This document shows positions 15,504 to 29,393 of a DNA stretch of 64,000 bases, piece by piece (the stretch's first letter is position 1; every line of letters starts with the position of its first letter). The position numbers and the translations under genes are program-made. The DNA is taken from positions 62,001 through 126,000 of the forward strand of contig JASVEC010000019.1 in NCBI GenBank assembly GCA_030770535.1, written 5' to 3'. The notes below the pieces were generated by a model. The model did no database searches and was not told where the DNA came from. It was given only the letters and a program-made list of their open reading frames with translations. Origin of the DNA: Batkoa obscura. Lineage: Eukaryota.

Positions 15504-17717
15504 ATGGTATTATTAATAACAATAATATATAGGCATAATAATAACCCTTTTATTTAGTCTTTAGCACCAATTCAAATTTTAGCTGATAATTCCACCGAAG
15601 AGCGTGCTGAAAACGCCCGTTTAGTAAGCTACAGCACGATATATAAACAATGATACTAATAATAATATAGTCTTCTTTTATCGGAGCTATTGCTGTAGGA
15701 GATTTAGTAAAGAGTACTTTAGGTCCAAAAGGAATGGTAAATAAACAATCATATCAGTGATTTCCATTAACATTTAAAAATAGGACAAAATTTTACAAAG
15801 TTCATCTACTGGTGAAATTATGGTAACCAATGATGGAGCTACTATCCTTAAGTCTATTGCACTCGATAATGCAGCAGCTAAAGTATTAGTTAATCTATCC
15901 AAAGTACAAGATGATGAAGTTGGTGATGGTACAACTTCCGTTTGCGTTTTAGCTGCTGAACTTTTAAGAGAAGCTGAAAAACTTATTAACTTAAGAATTC
16001 ATCCACAAACTATTATTGATGGTTTCCGTATTGCTTCTAAAGCTGCCTATGAGGCTCTCGCTGAAGCTGCTATTGATAATAGGTATTTTTTAATATTAAT
16101 CAAAGCTGAATAGGACTTATTGTTTTAGTGCTTCAACTGAAGACTTTAGAAAAGATCTCGTTAATATTGCTCGTACTACTTTAAGTTCTAAAGTTTTATC
16201 CTCTGATAAAGAATACTTTTCCAACCTTGCAGTAGATGCTGTTTTAAGATTAAAGGTAGTCATAATAGTAATATAATAGAAATTCAAAGCTAATGTTGGT
16301 TGTAGGGTAGCACCAACTTAGAAAACATTCAAATTATCAAAAAAGTAGGAGGGAAACTTTCAGATTCCTTTTTAGATGAAGGTAATTACTTATAGGTATC
16401 TTTTTAGATAAATTTTAATATTTTTAAAGGTTTTATTCTTGACAAAAAAATTGGTGTAAACCAACCTAAACGTATTGAAAATGCTAAAATTCTTATTGCC
16501 AATACATGTAAGTCTCAATTATTTTAGTAAAAAATTATATTAAATCTATTTTTATAGCTATGGATACTGACAAAATTAAAATCTTTGGTGCTAGAGTAAA
16601 AGTAGATGCAACCGGAAAGTTGGCTGAATTAGAAAGAGCTGAAAGAGTAAAGATATATTTAATCGTAGCAGAAAAGAAAACTTATGATTGATTAGGAAAA
16701 AATGAAGGAAAAGGTAGAAAAAATTAAAGCCCATGGCATTAACTGCTTTGTCAATCGCCAATTAATTTATAACTGGCCTGAACAGCTTTTTGCTGATTCT
16801 GGTATTATGGCCATTGAGCATGCTGATTTCGATGGTGTTGAGCGTCTTTCTTTAGTTACAGGTAATGTTCGATTTAGTATTTGTTAAATTTTTTATTAAT
16901 GTTAAAGGCGGTGAAATTGCTTCTACTTTTGATCATCCCGATTTAGTTAAAGTTGGTCACTGTGATTTGATTGAAGAAATCATTATTGGTGAAGATAAAA
17001 TGATTAAATTTTCTGGTGTTGCTGCCGGTGAAGCTTGTACTGTTGTTTTACGTGGTGCTACCAATCAATTATTAGATGAAGCTGAACGTTCTCTTCATGA
17101 TGCTTTATCTGTTTTATCACAAACTGTTAAACAACCAAAAACTGTTTTAGGTGGAGGTAAGTTAAAACAAAGTTTAATAATTTTTTATTTAACATCAGTT
17201 TAGGATGCTCTGAAATGCTAATGTCAAAAGCTGCTGAAGAAATTGCTTCAAAAACTCCGGGTAAAAAAGCTATGGCTATTGAAGCTTTTGCAAGAGCTCT
17301 TCGTCAGGTAAAAATTTAGTTAGCCTTATTTAACTATGAGCCTAAAACAAATTTTAGCTTCCAACCTATCTTGCTGATAATGCAGGTTATGATAGTTCTG
17401 AATTAGTTTCCCAACTTCGTTCAGCTCATTATGAAGGACTCAATGAAAGTGGACTTGGTAAGATCTCTTGTTTTTATAAAATTAATTATTTATTAACAAT
17501 AACTAGATATGTATAATGGCAAAGTAGCTAATGTACGTGAACTTGGAGTGACAGAATCTTATAAGCTAAAATCACAGGTTTTATTAAGTGCTTCAGAAGC
17601 AGCTGAAATGATCATTAGAGTTGATGATATTATTCGTGCTGCTCCAAGGTAACTCGTTATTATAAAGTTGAGAATGTAAACTAATAGTTGTTTTATAGAC
17701 CACGTGATAGACATTAG
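15504..17717 (+). CDS. CCT2: Chaperonin CCT beta subunit; many introns, first coding exon is ATG only
   Basis: [56 protein letters not shown] motif, [11 protein letters not shown]. Confidence 0.95.
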
Positions 17718-17949
17718 AAATTTTAATAATAAAAAAATAAAAGATTAAATGAATGCTAAATAAAAGCTAGGAGAAGACATTTATGTTTTTTATATTACTA
17801 ATGTTTGTTTATGCTATATTAAAATTCTAATCAAAATTCTTGATGTATAATAGATTCATTACAATTATACTTATTGTAGTATTTATTTGGGTTTTTTAAG
17901 TATAGATGGTTTAAAAAGCTTCAAGTCTTAGATAATTCATAGAACAATT

Positions 17950-18054
17950 ATGTGAGGATATTTTTTGGTTTCATTACTTTTTCCATTTTTTAAGCGCTAT
18001 TTGAGTGAAAAGATTTTTAGTAAAATTCTTAAATACAAAAATACAGCCTCATAT
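17950..18054 (+). mobile_element. MITE-like element, copy 2
   Basis: GAGGATATTTT..TAAGCGCTATTTGAGTG..ATACAGCCTC-ATAT. Confidence 0.85.
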
Positions 18055-18860
18055 ATATTTATTAAAAGATGATATTTAATTTGTTTATTTTTAAATATTA
18101 ATGTTAATAAATAATAAAAATAAATTGTAAGATCAATGATTAGATCAAGCAATAGGTATAAATAAAATTAGACTAATAACTTTGTCTAAAATAAGACTTA
18201 AACACTAATATAGGTTTAGTGACAATGAATATGAAAATAAAAATAAATTATTTTTTAAATTAGAATAGTTTTTTGAACGTAAGTACATTAAAAGATTAAG
18301 AAAAAAATCAAAGAAAAGATAATGAAATAATAATAAAAAGTTACATTTTAATAATATTAACTTCTGAATTGAAAGTTTTATTTAACTAATTTATTTATAA
18401 ACATTTAAATAATTTTTAAAATATATCTAAAATGACAGCTAAATTTTAATTTTACGAAATCAATTAAGTTTTAAAGTAGTTTTCCATTTAGACGTTTTCC
18501 ATCATGAAACTTAAAACAATTCTACAATCTTCCAAAATTTGGAATTATTTTTGATGAGGCTTATGATTTATTATTCGATAAACAATCTTTTTAATAGAGT
18601 TATAGCGGTGATTATCCAACAATTTTATTATATTTTACACAATCTATTATATTTAGGTACATTATAAAATAGTAGTAATATGAACTCATAAATATTATGG
18701 ACTATTTTTTATATTAAGTTTAATATTTCTAAATATTAAAAAATGTTGTAATTATGAGTTAATTATTCTCAACCAATGAAATGCTAGCTCATCGCAAATT
18801 CAAAGTGATTATGATAACGAATCAAAATAAAGGAAGGAGGTAACTTTAGTAGTATTTACT

Positions 18861-18937
18861 TGAATCTTCTAGAAAAAGAAAGAGCCAATTAGTGATTACT
18901 CAAGCATTATTATACAAATACTCGAAATAGTATAAAA
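18861..18937 (+). promoter_or_regulatory. HSP70 promoter: heat-shock element, CCAAT and TATA boxes
   Basis: tGAAtcTTCtaGAAa (18861-18875) is a perfect three-unit nGAAn array; AGCCAAT near 18882; TATAAAA near 18931. Confidence 0.7.
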
Positions 18938-19007
18938 AGATAAAAAAGTCAAATTGGTCATTTATTAGAAATCTTATATATCTTCTCATTGTATAAATTT
19001 ATAAAAT

Positions 19008-20984
19008 ATGTCTAAATCTCGTGCTATTGGTATTGATTTAGGTACCACTTACTCATGTGTAGGTGTATGGCAAAATGATCGTTGTGAAATTATTGCTAAC
19101 GATCAAGGTAACCGTACTACCCCATCTTATGTTGCTTTCACTGACTCTGAACGTTTAATTGGTGATGCTGCTAAAAATCAAGTCGCTATGAACCCATACA
19201 ACACCGTTTTCGATGCTAAACGTCTTATTGGTCGTCGTTTTGATGAACCAGAAGTTCAATCCGATATGAAACATTGGCCATTCAAAGTTATTGATAAATC
19301 AACTAAACCAATTATCCAAGTTGAATATAAAGGTGAAACTAAACAATTCACTCCAGAAGAAATTTCTTCAATGGTCCTCATTAAAATGAGGGAAACTGCT
19401 GAAGCTTATCTTGGTACAACCGTTACTGATGCCGTTGTCACTGTCCCAGCTTACTTCAATGATTCTCAACGTCAAGCTACTAAAGATGCTGGTGCTATTG
19501 CTGGTCTTAATGTTCTCCGTATCATTAACGAACCTACTGCTGCTGCTATTGCTTACGGTCTTGACTCCAAGACCACTGGTGAAAAGAATGTCCTTATCTT
19601 TGATTTAGGAGGTGGTACTTTTGATGTTTCCCTTTTATCTATTGAAGATGGTATCTTTGAAGTTAAAGCTACTGCTGGTGATACTCATTTAGGTGGTGAA
19701 GATTTTGATAATCGTCTTGTTAATCACTTTATGCAAGAATTCAAGCGTAAAAACAAGAAAGATATCTCTTCAAATGCTCGTGCTATGCGTCGTCTCCGTA
19801 CTGCTTGTGAACGTGCTAAGCGTACTCTTTCTTCTGCTGCTCAAACTTCTATTGAAATTGATTCCCTCTTCGAAGGCATTGATTTCTATACCTCCATTAC
19901 CCGTGCTCGTTTCGAAGAACTTTGTCAAGATCTTTTCCGTTCCACTGTTGATCCAGTAGAAAAAGTACTTCGTGACTCCAAGATTGATAAATCTGCTGTC
20001 AATGAAATTGTACTTGTTGGTGGTTCTACTCGTATTCCAAAGATCCAAAAGCTTGTTTCTGACTATTTCAATGGTAAAGAACCAAATAAGTCTATTAACC
20101 CTGATGAAGCTGTTGCTTATGGTGCCGCTGTCCAAGCTGCTATCTTAACTGGTGATACCTCTGAAAAGACTCAAGATCTTTTACTTCTTGATGTTGCTCC
20201 ACTTTCTCTTGGTATTGAAACTGCTGGTGGTGTCATGACTCCACTTATTAAACGTAATACCACTGTTCCAACCAAGAAATCTGAAACTTTCTCTACTTAT
20301 GCTGATAACCAACCTGGTGTATTAATCCAAGTATTCGAAGGTGAACGTGCCCGTACTAAGGATAACAATTTATTAGGTAAATTCGAATTATCAGGTATCC
20401 CACCAGCACCACGTGGTGTTCCACAAATTGAAGTTTCCTTTGATATTGATGCTAATGGTATCTTAAACGTTACTGCTGCTGATAAATCTACTGGTCGTTC
20501 TAATAAGATTACTATTACTAACGATAAAGGTCGTCTTTCTAAAGAAGATATTGAACGTATGGTTGCTGAAGCTGAAAAATATAAATCTGAAGATGAAGCT
20601 GCTGCTGCCCGTATCTCAGCTAAGAACGGACTTGAATCTTATGCTTATAATTTACGTAATACCCTTAATGATGAAAAGGTTGCTGGTAAATTAGAGGCTG
20701 CTGATAAAGAAAAACTTGAAGCTGCTATTAAAGAAGCCACTGAATGGTTAGACAACTCTCATGAAGCCTCTAAAGAAGAGTATGAAGAGCGTCAAAAGGA
20801 ACTTGAAGGTGTAGCTAACCCAATCATGGCTAAGATCTACGCTGCTGGAGGTGCCCCAGGCGCTGAAGGAGGTTTCCCAGGAGGTTTCCCAGGAGGCGCT
20901 CCAGGAGGCGCTCCAGGAGGTTTCCCAGGTGCTCCACCAGCAGGTCCAGGTGCTGATGGACCAACCATTGAAGAAGTTGATTAA
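19008..20984 (+). CDS. HSP70: Cytosolic Hsp70 (SSA class), intronless
   Basis: [30 protein letters not shown] repeats, terminal GPTIEEVD; strong codon bias. Confidence 0.98.
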   Translation: MSKSRAIGIDLGTTYSCVGVWQNDRCEIIANDQGNRTTPSYVAFTDSERLIGDAAKNQVAMNPYNTVFDAKRLIGRRFDEPEVQSDMKHWPFKVIDKSTKPIIQVEYKGETKQFTPEEISSMVLIKMRETAEAYLGTTVTDAVVTVPAYFNDSQRQATKDAGAIAGLNVLRIINEPTAAAIAYGLDSKTTGEKNVLIFDLGGGTFDVSLLSIEDGIFEVKATAGDTHLGGEDFDNRLVNHFMQEFKRKNKKDISSNARAMRRLRTACERAKRTLSSAAQTSIEIDSLFEGIDFYTSITRARFEELCQDLFRSTVDPVEKVLRDSKIDKSAVNEIVLVGGSTRIPKIQKLVSDYFNGKEPNKSINPDEAVAYGAAVQAAILTGDTSEKTQDLLLLDVAPLSLGIETAGGVMTPLIKRNTTVPTKKSETFSTYADNQPGVLIQVFEGERARTKDNNLLGKFELSGIPPAPRGVPQIEVSFDIDANGILNVTAADKSTGRSNKITITNDKGRLSKEDIERMVAEAEKYKSEDEAAAARISAKNGLESYAYNLRNTLNDEKVAGKLEAADKEKLEAAIKEATEWLDNSHEASKEEYEERQKELEGVANPIMAKIYAAGGAPGAEGGFPGGFPGGAPGGAPGGFPGAPPAGPGADGPTIEEVD

Positions 20985-21169
20985 TTTATTGTCGGTAGAT
21001 TTTCAAAAGAATAGTTGTTTATTAAACAATTCTATATAGCTAACCAAAAAAATATATTAATATAACTATAATTATATAATAAAAATAAAATCTGTTATTT
21101 AAAAATTGCAAGTTTTTGATTTTTTAGATTATTTCTTTTTTTAATTTATTTAGCTCAAGTTTATTTCGA

Positions 21170-22612
21170 ATGACAATTAATCAAAAGATTCATTTAGATT
21201 TCAATAGTTATTGTTTGGATTGGTCCAATAGTTTAGATAACAGAATAGCAATAAGTAGTTTTCAATCAAAGGATAATAAGGTAAATAAAACAGTATTAAT
21301 ATATAATAATATATAATACAATATACAATATTTATAATTTTAATAGATAGTAGTCTATGATATAGACTTAGAACAAGAAAATAATCCACAGGTGCCAGTA
21401 GAAATTCATCAATTATACTCACCAACAAATATATTATTTGAACCAAAAAGTGTAAGTTTTAATTAGAATAGATAATATAATAATAATATCAATGATAATG
21501 ATAATAAAGACTCATCCAACACATGAGTGGTTAGCTTCCAGTACCGATGTGTTAAACTTATACAAAATACCCACTAGTTTGGAACCTATTGAACATTTAA
21601 CAAGTTATCAATTAATTAATGTAAGTCACACTATTTCTCAATGAATTCACTAAAGTCTTCAATTTATAGACTCGTAACTTGGAATTAGCTCCATTAACTA
21701 GTTTTGATTGGAGTGAATGTGATAGTAATTTAATAGTTACTTCGAGTATTGATACCACATGTACCATTTGGGATTTAGAATTACAGAAAATTAAAACTCA
21801 GTTAATTGCTCATGATTCGGAGGTATTTGATGTACAATTTGCTTCCAATAATTCCAAAGAAGTGTTTGGGTCCGTGGGAGCGGATGGTTCAGTTCGGTTA
21901 TTTGATTTGAGGTAAGTTGAAATGGGGTTTCAAATTAACAGATTCCAAATTGAGATTATTATTATATTATTATTATTGTCTAATAATAGTTAAATATTTA
22001 TTTATTTATTTTTATTTCAACTATAGATGTTTAGATCAATCAACGATTATTTATGAAACCACAAGTTCAAAATCATCAAGTTCCAACATCGTCTCTTGTT
22101 CTCATAGTAATAGTAGTATATTAAAATTAAAATTTAATCGAATGGATCCCAATTATTTATCAATAATTGAAAAAGAGAATAATAAAGTTGGCATTTTAGA
22201 TTTAAGAAAACCATTTATCAAAGTAGCCGAATTATGTGAGATGAAGCTACCTCCAATTACTATGGACTGGTTACCTAAAAATAGAAATGAAATGTTGGTG
22301 TCTGGTAAGTAAAGACGTTATTTTATTATGGAAGTATTATTTGTTTTTAAAGATGATGATAGAGAAAGATAATAATTGTTATTTATCGATTTAGGTGAAT
22401 ATCCTATTGTTTACTGGTTTGACTTAAGTATGGCTAAAAGCAATGTTGTCTCAGGAAATAGTTCAATGAATATTAATCATCCTCAATTTATTGCTAATCC
22501 GAAATATCAAATGGAGATTATTGGAGATAAGATTCATCAAGTGAAATTTGGGAAGAGTAATGGATTATTATCTATTTTGGAATCTAAATGTTTCAATGTT
22601 ATGAAAGTTTAA
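21170..22612 (+). CDS. WD40 protein of the DCAF7/WDR68/AN11 family, multi-exon
   Basis: ATG at 21170; [58 protein letters not shown]. Confidence 0.85.
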
Positions 22613-22615
22613 AAG

Positions 22616-22617
<2 letters not shown>

Positions 22618-22669
<52 letters not shown>
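22618..22669. repeat. (ATT)n microsatellite, about 17 units
   Basis: Directly visible just after the DCAF7-like stop codon. Confidence 0.95.
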
Positions 22670-22670
<1 letters not shown>

Positions 22671-22918
22671 AGCTTTTTTTAATAATTAAATTTAATATAT
22701 TTCGAACAGTGTTTGAATTATTTGATACATTACTAAATAAATTTTTTAAAAAAGGAATATTTTTAGTATTTATTGTAGTTATTTTTGTTTCTAAAAAATT
22801 CAATTTAAAAATTAACCTTTGAATTTTCTATTCTATATATTCTTCAACTTTGTATCTGAATTCGATTCTAATAATAATAAAAGTACATATCAATAAAAAT
22901 AATCCAATTTCAAATATT

Positions 22919-25900
22919 ATGATAGCTCAAATAGCTTTGTATTTACAAACCTCACCTCAACGTCAATTAGCATTAGAAACCTATACTTTAGAAAATAGTT
23001 CTTTGGATCAAACATTAATAATTCGTCATGATGATAATAATACCCTTCAACTTGAATTACAAAAATCAATTAATAAAAAGAATTATACTTTATTATCTCA
23101 TGTGTATGGCTATCTTGGTAATTTAAGATTACAAACTTATCAATTTGCTTTATTTATATCGACATTCACTGGTGGAGAAAGATAAATATTTTTGGAAAAA
23201 AGAACATATTTAAAATTGAAAATGTGTTGTTTGTTTGTTTAAATGATGATAGATGGGATCATGATGTAATGAAGGAAGAAGATGAGGCGGAATATGTTTT
23301 AGAGAAGGATGAAAGGGAGGGGGTTATTTATAAAGAGTTTCAAGACTATTTTAAACAACAATTTTTTTATTTTTCACATCAAATGGACCTCACTGTAAGT
23401 TTACAAAAAAAGTAAGTCCATTTGTTCTATTATCTTAAACATTATCTTATATTTATTATAGAAATCAAAATACAAAGTCTGGAGAAAAAAAATATTATGT
23501 TGGAGATAGCGATTTTTTATGGAATCAAAACTTGTTAATGGAACAATTAAATTTATTAAACACAATTAACAATAATATTAAACTTCAACAGTTTTTATTT
23601 ACTTCTGGTTTAATTACTCCAATTATTCAAGGTTTAGTTGATACTTATTTAGTTCCTGATATAAACGATATTAATCCAGTTAATTGTACTTTAATTTCTA
23701 GATTATGTTGGAAAAGAGCAGGTAAGTTGAATACTTTTAATATTTTAACATGTTAATTTAATTTAATTTTAAGGTACTCGATTTAATACAAGAGGTATAG
23801 ATGATGATGGCTATGTGGCTAATTTTGTAGAAACGGAATTAATAATTAGTAGTAATGAAGAAACATTTAGTTTTATAATAGTACGAGGTAGTGTACCCAC
23901 ATTTTGGAAACAAGAAGGAAACCAAGTATTAGGCCATAAATTCCAATTAAGTCGAGGTTCGGATGCAAGTCAATATTGTTTTAATTTGCATATTAATTGG
24001 TTACAAGAAAGATATACTAATGTATTTTTATTAAATTTGTTGAGTCAAAATGAAAATAATATTGAATTATCTTTAAGTCAAATTTATGAGGAATTAATTG
24101 CTAATTTGGATACGGATAACATCATTCATTATACGGCTTTTGATTATCATTTTGCTTGTAAAGGAGGCAATGTTCAAAATGCTCATCAATTTATTGAACA
24201 AATTCAATCGAAAATTGAACAATTTGAGTATTTTCTAATGAATAATCAAACAAAAAAAATCATTAATTTACAAAATGGGGTTATTAGAATTAATTGTCTA
24301 GATTGTTTAGATCGAACAAATTTAATTCAAGGAATGATATTAAATTTTATACAATTGAATTACTTTCAAAAAAAATATCAGCAAAAAGAAAGTATTAATT
24401 TTATACAATCCAAATTAAATCAAAGTATTATTAAAAATGGAGATCAAATATCTAAAATTTATGCAGGTACAGGGGCTTTACAAAGTAATGTTCATCAATT
24501 TGGTAAATCTAATTTATTGGACAAATTAAACGATGCCTCAAAATCAGTTACTAGATTATATCAAAATATGTTTTTAGATGATAAAAAATATTTAGTTATC
24601 CATCAATTATTATTCAATAATAATAATAATAATAATAATAAACTAATTAAGAGTAATAACAATAATAATAGCATAAATAATAATAATAATAATAATATAA
24701 AGAATAATAATAGTAATAATATACATAACAATAATATAGTAACAACAAATAATAATTTTAATCGAGAACTAATAATTCATTGTGGAACATATAATGTCAA
24801 TGGACGCTATCCCTCTAAAGAAAGTTTGTTATTATGGTTAGAGTCTAAATATCATGCTGAAAACCAAGTATTACCAGATATTTATGCGATTGTATTTGAA
24901 GAAATAGTAGAATTAACACCTAGTCAAATCCTTAATGCGGATTTAAATCGAAGCTTAATATGGAAACAAATTTTATTAAGAGATTTAAATCTATTAAGTG
25001 AAAAATATGAGGTAGATAATGGAAGGAAAAATCATTATCATTTATTATCAAGTGAACAATTAGTTGGTATTTGTTTATTTATTTTTGTTAAAAAGGAAAT
25101 TATTGGGGATATTAAATTGGTTTCTAATACTAAAAAGAAAACAGGGCTTGGGGGTATGGCAGGTAATAAAGGGGCAACAGCTATTCGATTTCAATTGTTT
25201 AATTCAACATTTTGTTTTGTGGGTGCTCATTTTGCTTCAGGTAAGTAGCCTTGTAAATAGGTATTAAAAATTAATTGATTTTTTTCAAAATTTAGGACAA
25301 AGCAAATTGGAAGATAGAAATCGAGATTTTAATACAGTTCATTATGGCTTAAACTTTTTCAATTTTGGTAGTTTAGAAAATCATGAGTAAGTTATTAGTA
25401 TCTTTATTTATATTGATTATTACTAATTATTCTTATTAATTATTTTAGTTACTTATTTTATATCGGGGATTTTAATTATCGAATTAATTTAAGTTATGAA
25501 AGAGTACTACATAGCATCAAAAATAATGATTTAAGATCTTTATTGGCCAAAGATCAAGTAAGTTTATAATACAAATGATCGTTAAGTATTAAATACTATT
25601 TTTAGTTATTAAATGCCATGAAATTGAATTTAGCATTTCCTCATTTTAATGAAATGCCAATCACTTTTTTTCCAACTTATAAATTTGATGTTCATACTGA
25701 TGATTATGATACTAGGTAATAAGATTAATAATAAAACTTAATTATTATTTCAATATTAATCTATCTTATTATTAGTGAAAAAAAGAGAATTCCTGCTTGG
25801 ACTGGTAAGTTTTTCATAGTTTTAATTCTATAGAGTAGAGTTGAATATTAATGGAATTGTTATATTTGAAATTTAGATCGTATTTTATTTCGTGGTGATA

Positions 25901-26676
25901 AAGTAAGTTAATTTTAATTATAATATTAATAAAATTCAATTTATTTTATTAGATAATACCATTATATTATTCTGATGCTAAACTATATGAATCAGATCAT
26001 AAGCCTGGTAAATTCAATAATAATGATAATTTAATATCTAAGTTATTAATATTAATTTAATTCAGTATTAGCCGGTTTTAAAATCCCATTTTTTAATAAC
26101 GAAAAAAGTGGTATTATCAATCATAGCCATAAACATAAAAAGAATAATAGTGTTTCTAATAATAATAATAATAATAATAATAAATTAAAAGTAGATACTT
26201 TAATTGATATAAGAAATGAAGATTTGTTATCTACTATTGGTTGTAAGTTTTTATACTTATATTTATTATTTAAAATAAAATAGAATAATATCTTATTTTA
26301 TTTTAGTACCACAACCAAGTAATGATTATTATCAATGGTGGGAATCGATCCATAAATTAGGTAAATTAATTCTTAATAGTTATATCATGCTTCTATAATA
26401 CATAATACACTTACATACAATATCTAATAACTTATAATATCTATAACAACATGTATTAATATTAATATTAATTTTAATGTTAATTTAGATAACAAGTTGT
26501 ATCAAACGAATAGTATCGAAAATTCATTAAAAGATAGTAGCATTAAAAATCCATTTAGAATACCTCAATTAAAAAGTTATTTAAAATCTATTCATTATCC
26601 TATGGATTCAAAATCGATGGAATTAATCCCACCGAAATTACCTCAGAGGAGTAATACAGTGTCCCTATTAGATTAA
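22919..26676 (+). CDS. Synaptojanin-like phosphoinositide phosphatase (SAC + 5-phosphatase, Inp52/53-like), multi-exon, with an apparent frameshift near 23178
   Basis: [72 protein letters not shown], SDHKP. Confidence 0.9.
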
Positions 26677-28150
26677 AGAGAGTAGAAGAAAAGGAAAAAG
26701 GATTTTAGTAAAAACTAGTTTTTATCACATTATATGATACGATATTGGGTATTGAAAATAAAAGGTAATTTTTTTAAAGTTTTAACATTCAAATTAATAA
26801 AATTTGGAATAAAAGTGGACTTTAATTTGAATTCAATTGCTTTTATTTTCGGATTTATTATTTATTATACAAATTAAAAGGTCATGAATTAGGATAATTA
26901 TGTTTTTTTAGCATCTCTTTTTTTAACATTCTTTTTTATTAAAAAAACACCTAATAAATTGGTGATTCGATTTGTTACTTAATACTTAATTGTTATTCCA
27001 CTTACATATTGAAACAATTAAGATTCATTAGAAATAACATATCTCATAGCAATTGAATAGCCATTTTTATACTCCAATGGGCCGTTAAGGCTTTGAACTC
27101 GAATTTAGAGTATCGAAATCTTGAGTGTTAATCACTTTATCAATAGAAGTCATCAGCTAGTATGGGTTATTTTGATTAGAATATAAATTCTTTAAAGGAG
27201 ATTAAACTAACTAGTAAATTAATTAACATATAATCCTAACCTTATTTAGTCATTAATTACATTGAATGATCGGTGAGAATAATCAAACCAAATTTTTGGC
27301 TAATTTATGGTTTTAGTCTACATCCACCAAAAGTTAAACTCCAATTCTAAGTATTGATACTTTAGGTGTTAATCCATCATGTGATTAATTTGATATTTTT
27401 AGTTTTAAATTTAAATTCAAAAAATCAAAGTTGGAATTTAGTTTAACTTGTTTGAAAGATTTATTGTGTTGCTTTTTTTTCTATAACATTTCTTAATAAT
27501 ATTTTCAACTAGTTAGATTTAAAAAATCGATGATAAAATGAAATTCAGAGAACTCTCTTTAAATAAATAATTATTATCGTAGTAATATCTATGTATTTGT
27601 TAAACTTATAAATAAAATTTAAAAAATTTTCTTCAAATTTTTCTGTAAAGCAATATCTTACTAATTTTAAAATAGCCTTAATCTGTAACTTAATATTATT
27701 CAAAACTGCAACATGATTGTTAAAATAGCTTAGAAGTTTCGTTTACTTAAGTTAAATTGATAAATAATATAGAGATTTATTGAAGATTGAATTTAGATTC
27801 CAAAATCAAAACTTTATATAAATTATTACACAAAGGACTATAAAACAGTTGCTTCAGTTTATCGATACATGCCGTAGGTCTTATTTTCTAAATTGAGTTT
27901 TTTTAAATATTACATAAATGCTATAAAAGCTATTTAATATCTATTTACTTATTTTCTAACTTTAGTTAATTATAAATGTTAGAAAATAAGTAAGCTTTGA
28001 GCAGGGTTTTATTTATGTACTAATTGTGAATAATTAGAACTGTTAAACCTTATCATGATGTATGTGTTTAATTTAACTTGTCATAAAATCCAATAATCTA
28101 CAATACTATTAAAAGATAAATAATTTGAATAGTAAAAAAATAGTTTTATT

Positions 28151-28255
28151 ATATGGGGGTGTTTTTCTTGGTTTCATCACTTTTTATACTTCTAAACATT
28201 ATTTGAGTGGAAAGTTTATTAGTACAACTCTTAAACAGAAAATAGATCCCTATAT
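28151..28255 (+). mobile_element. MITE-like element, copy 3 (joined to copy 4)
   Basis: ATAT-GGGGGTGTTTTT..ATAGATCCCT-ATAT. Confidence 0.8.
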
Positions 28256-28356
28256 GAGGATGAATTTTTCTGTTTAGGAATTTTACTACAATCTTTCTAC
28301 TCAAATAGCACTTAAAAAATGGAAAAATAATGAAGCTAAAAAAAACAGTCCCATAT
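28252..28356 (-). mobile_element. MITE-like element, copy 4
   Basis: Reverse orientation; shares ATAT 28252-28255 with copy 3. Confidence 0.85.
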
Positions 28357-28569
28357 TGTGGTTCTATTAGTATAGAAAACTAAAATATTTTGTTAGTAAA
28401 AATTGGTATGGTATATAAAGCAGATGTAATAGCAGCGAGATAGTAAGGAGGCATTAAAAAGGAAGCAGACGGGAGGTTGTCTAGAAAGTGTTTTAAATAA
28501 AGTAATATTAAACTTTGATAAACGATTTGACTTTCCTTACTTATCTTTTCAAGTTAAACTAATTTTATT

Positions 28570-28674
28570 ATATGGGGGTGTTTTTTTGTGTTTAAAAATT
28601 TTACTAATAAATTTTCCACTCAAATAGTGCTTAAAGATGGAAAAAGTAATGAAGGCAAAAAAACATACCCATGT
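28570..28674 (-). mobile_element. MITE-like element, copy 5
   Basis: ATAT-GGGGGTG..CCACTCAAATAGTGCTTAA..CATACCC-ATGT. Confidence 0.85.
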
Positions 28675-28835
28675 TTAGACTAAAAAATAATTTGTTTATA
28701 TATAAAAAGTAAAAGTTAATATGAGCATTCATGTAGAAGTTTGCAAATTTTATTGAATGTTTATGATCATAAATATGCAATAATAATAATAATAGTTTTG
28801 ATATTTAAATATTTATTTGTAATCTTTTTAATAGA

Positions 28836-29393
28836 TTAAATAATAGCAGCATTATTATGGCTATTAACATTGGAATGGTTACTATTTACATCTTTCTTGT
28901 GAACATTGTCAACAAATACAGCAGCTTCTTTATTACGGTCAAATTCATTAGCATTGAAATTGTTAGCATTAGCATTAAAAGCATTATTACTAATTACAGT
29001 TGGAAAACCAAAAGAACCAAACCCACTATTAAACCCACCATAACCACCAAGTCCATAACCTGGATAAAAAGAGTTAAAACCACGTCTGACCAAAGGAACA
29101 CTACTTGAAATGGAGGTGTCAATTTCAGCTGGAAAATCTAAAGAAGCTAAACTAGGGGTTAAGGTATTAATCGAATTAATTCCATTAAATCCAAAATTTC
29201 CATTTAAACCAAAGGTGGGGGTGATAGAATGAAATTGCTGGAAGTTATTACTATTGAAAAATTCATTAGAGCCAAAATTCAATGGTAAAGTATTGAAGCT
29301 TCGTTTAGCTAAGTGGACATCACTTGAGGTTGGGAGTGAAGTAATAGTAGCAGTTAAAACTAATATACTAGCGTTTAATGTAAATCTGTTCAT
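28836..29393 (-). CDS. Secreted precursor (185 aa) with signal peptide, KR and RR sites and G/F/N-rich modules
   Basis: Hydrophobic N-terminus, LAKR and LVRR dibasic sites, biased codon use, TATA-like motif upstream, paralog 1.5 kb away. Confidence 0.8.
   Translation of the reverse strand: MNRFTLNASILVLTATITSLPTSSDVHLAKRSFNTLPLNFGSNEFFNSNNFQQFHSITPTFGLNGNFGFNGINSINTLTPSLASLDFPAEIDTSISSSVPLVRRGFNSFYPGYGLGGYGGFNSGFGSFGFPTVISNNAFNANANNFNANEFDRNKEAAVFVDNVHKKDVNSNHSNVNSHNNAAII

Noticed and set aside
20850..20945. CCAGGAGG tandem repeats
   Set aside because: Ordinary GGFP/GGAP tail of cytosolic Hsp70
19411..21039. Alternative-frame and antisense ORFs over HSP70
   Set aside because: By-products of strong codon bias; no independent features
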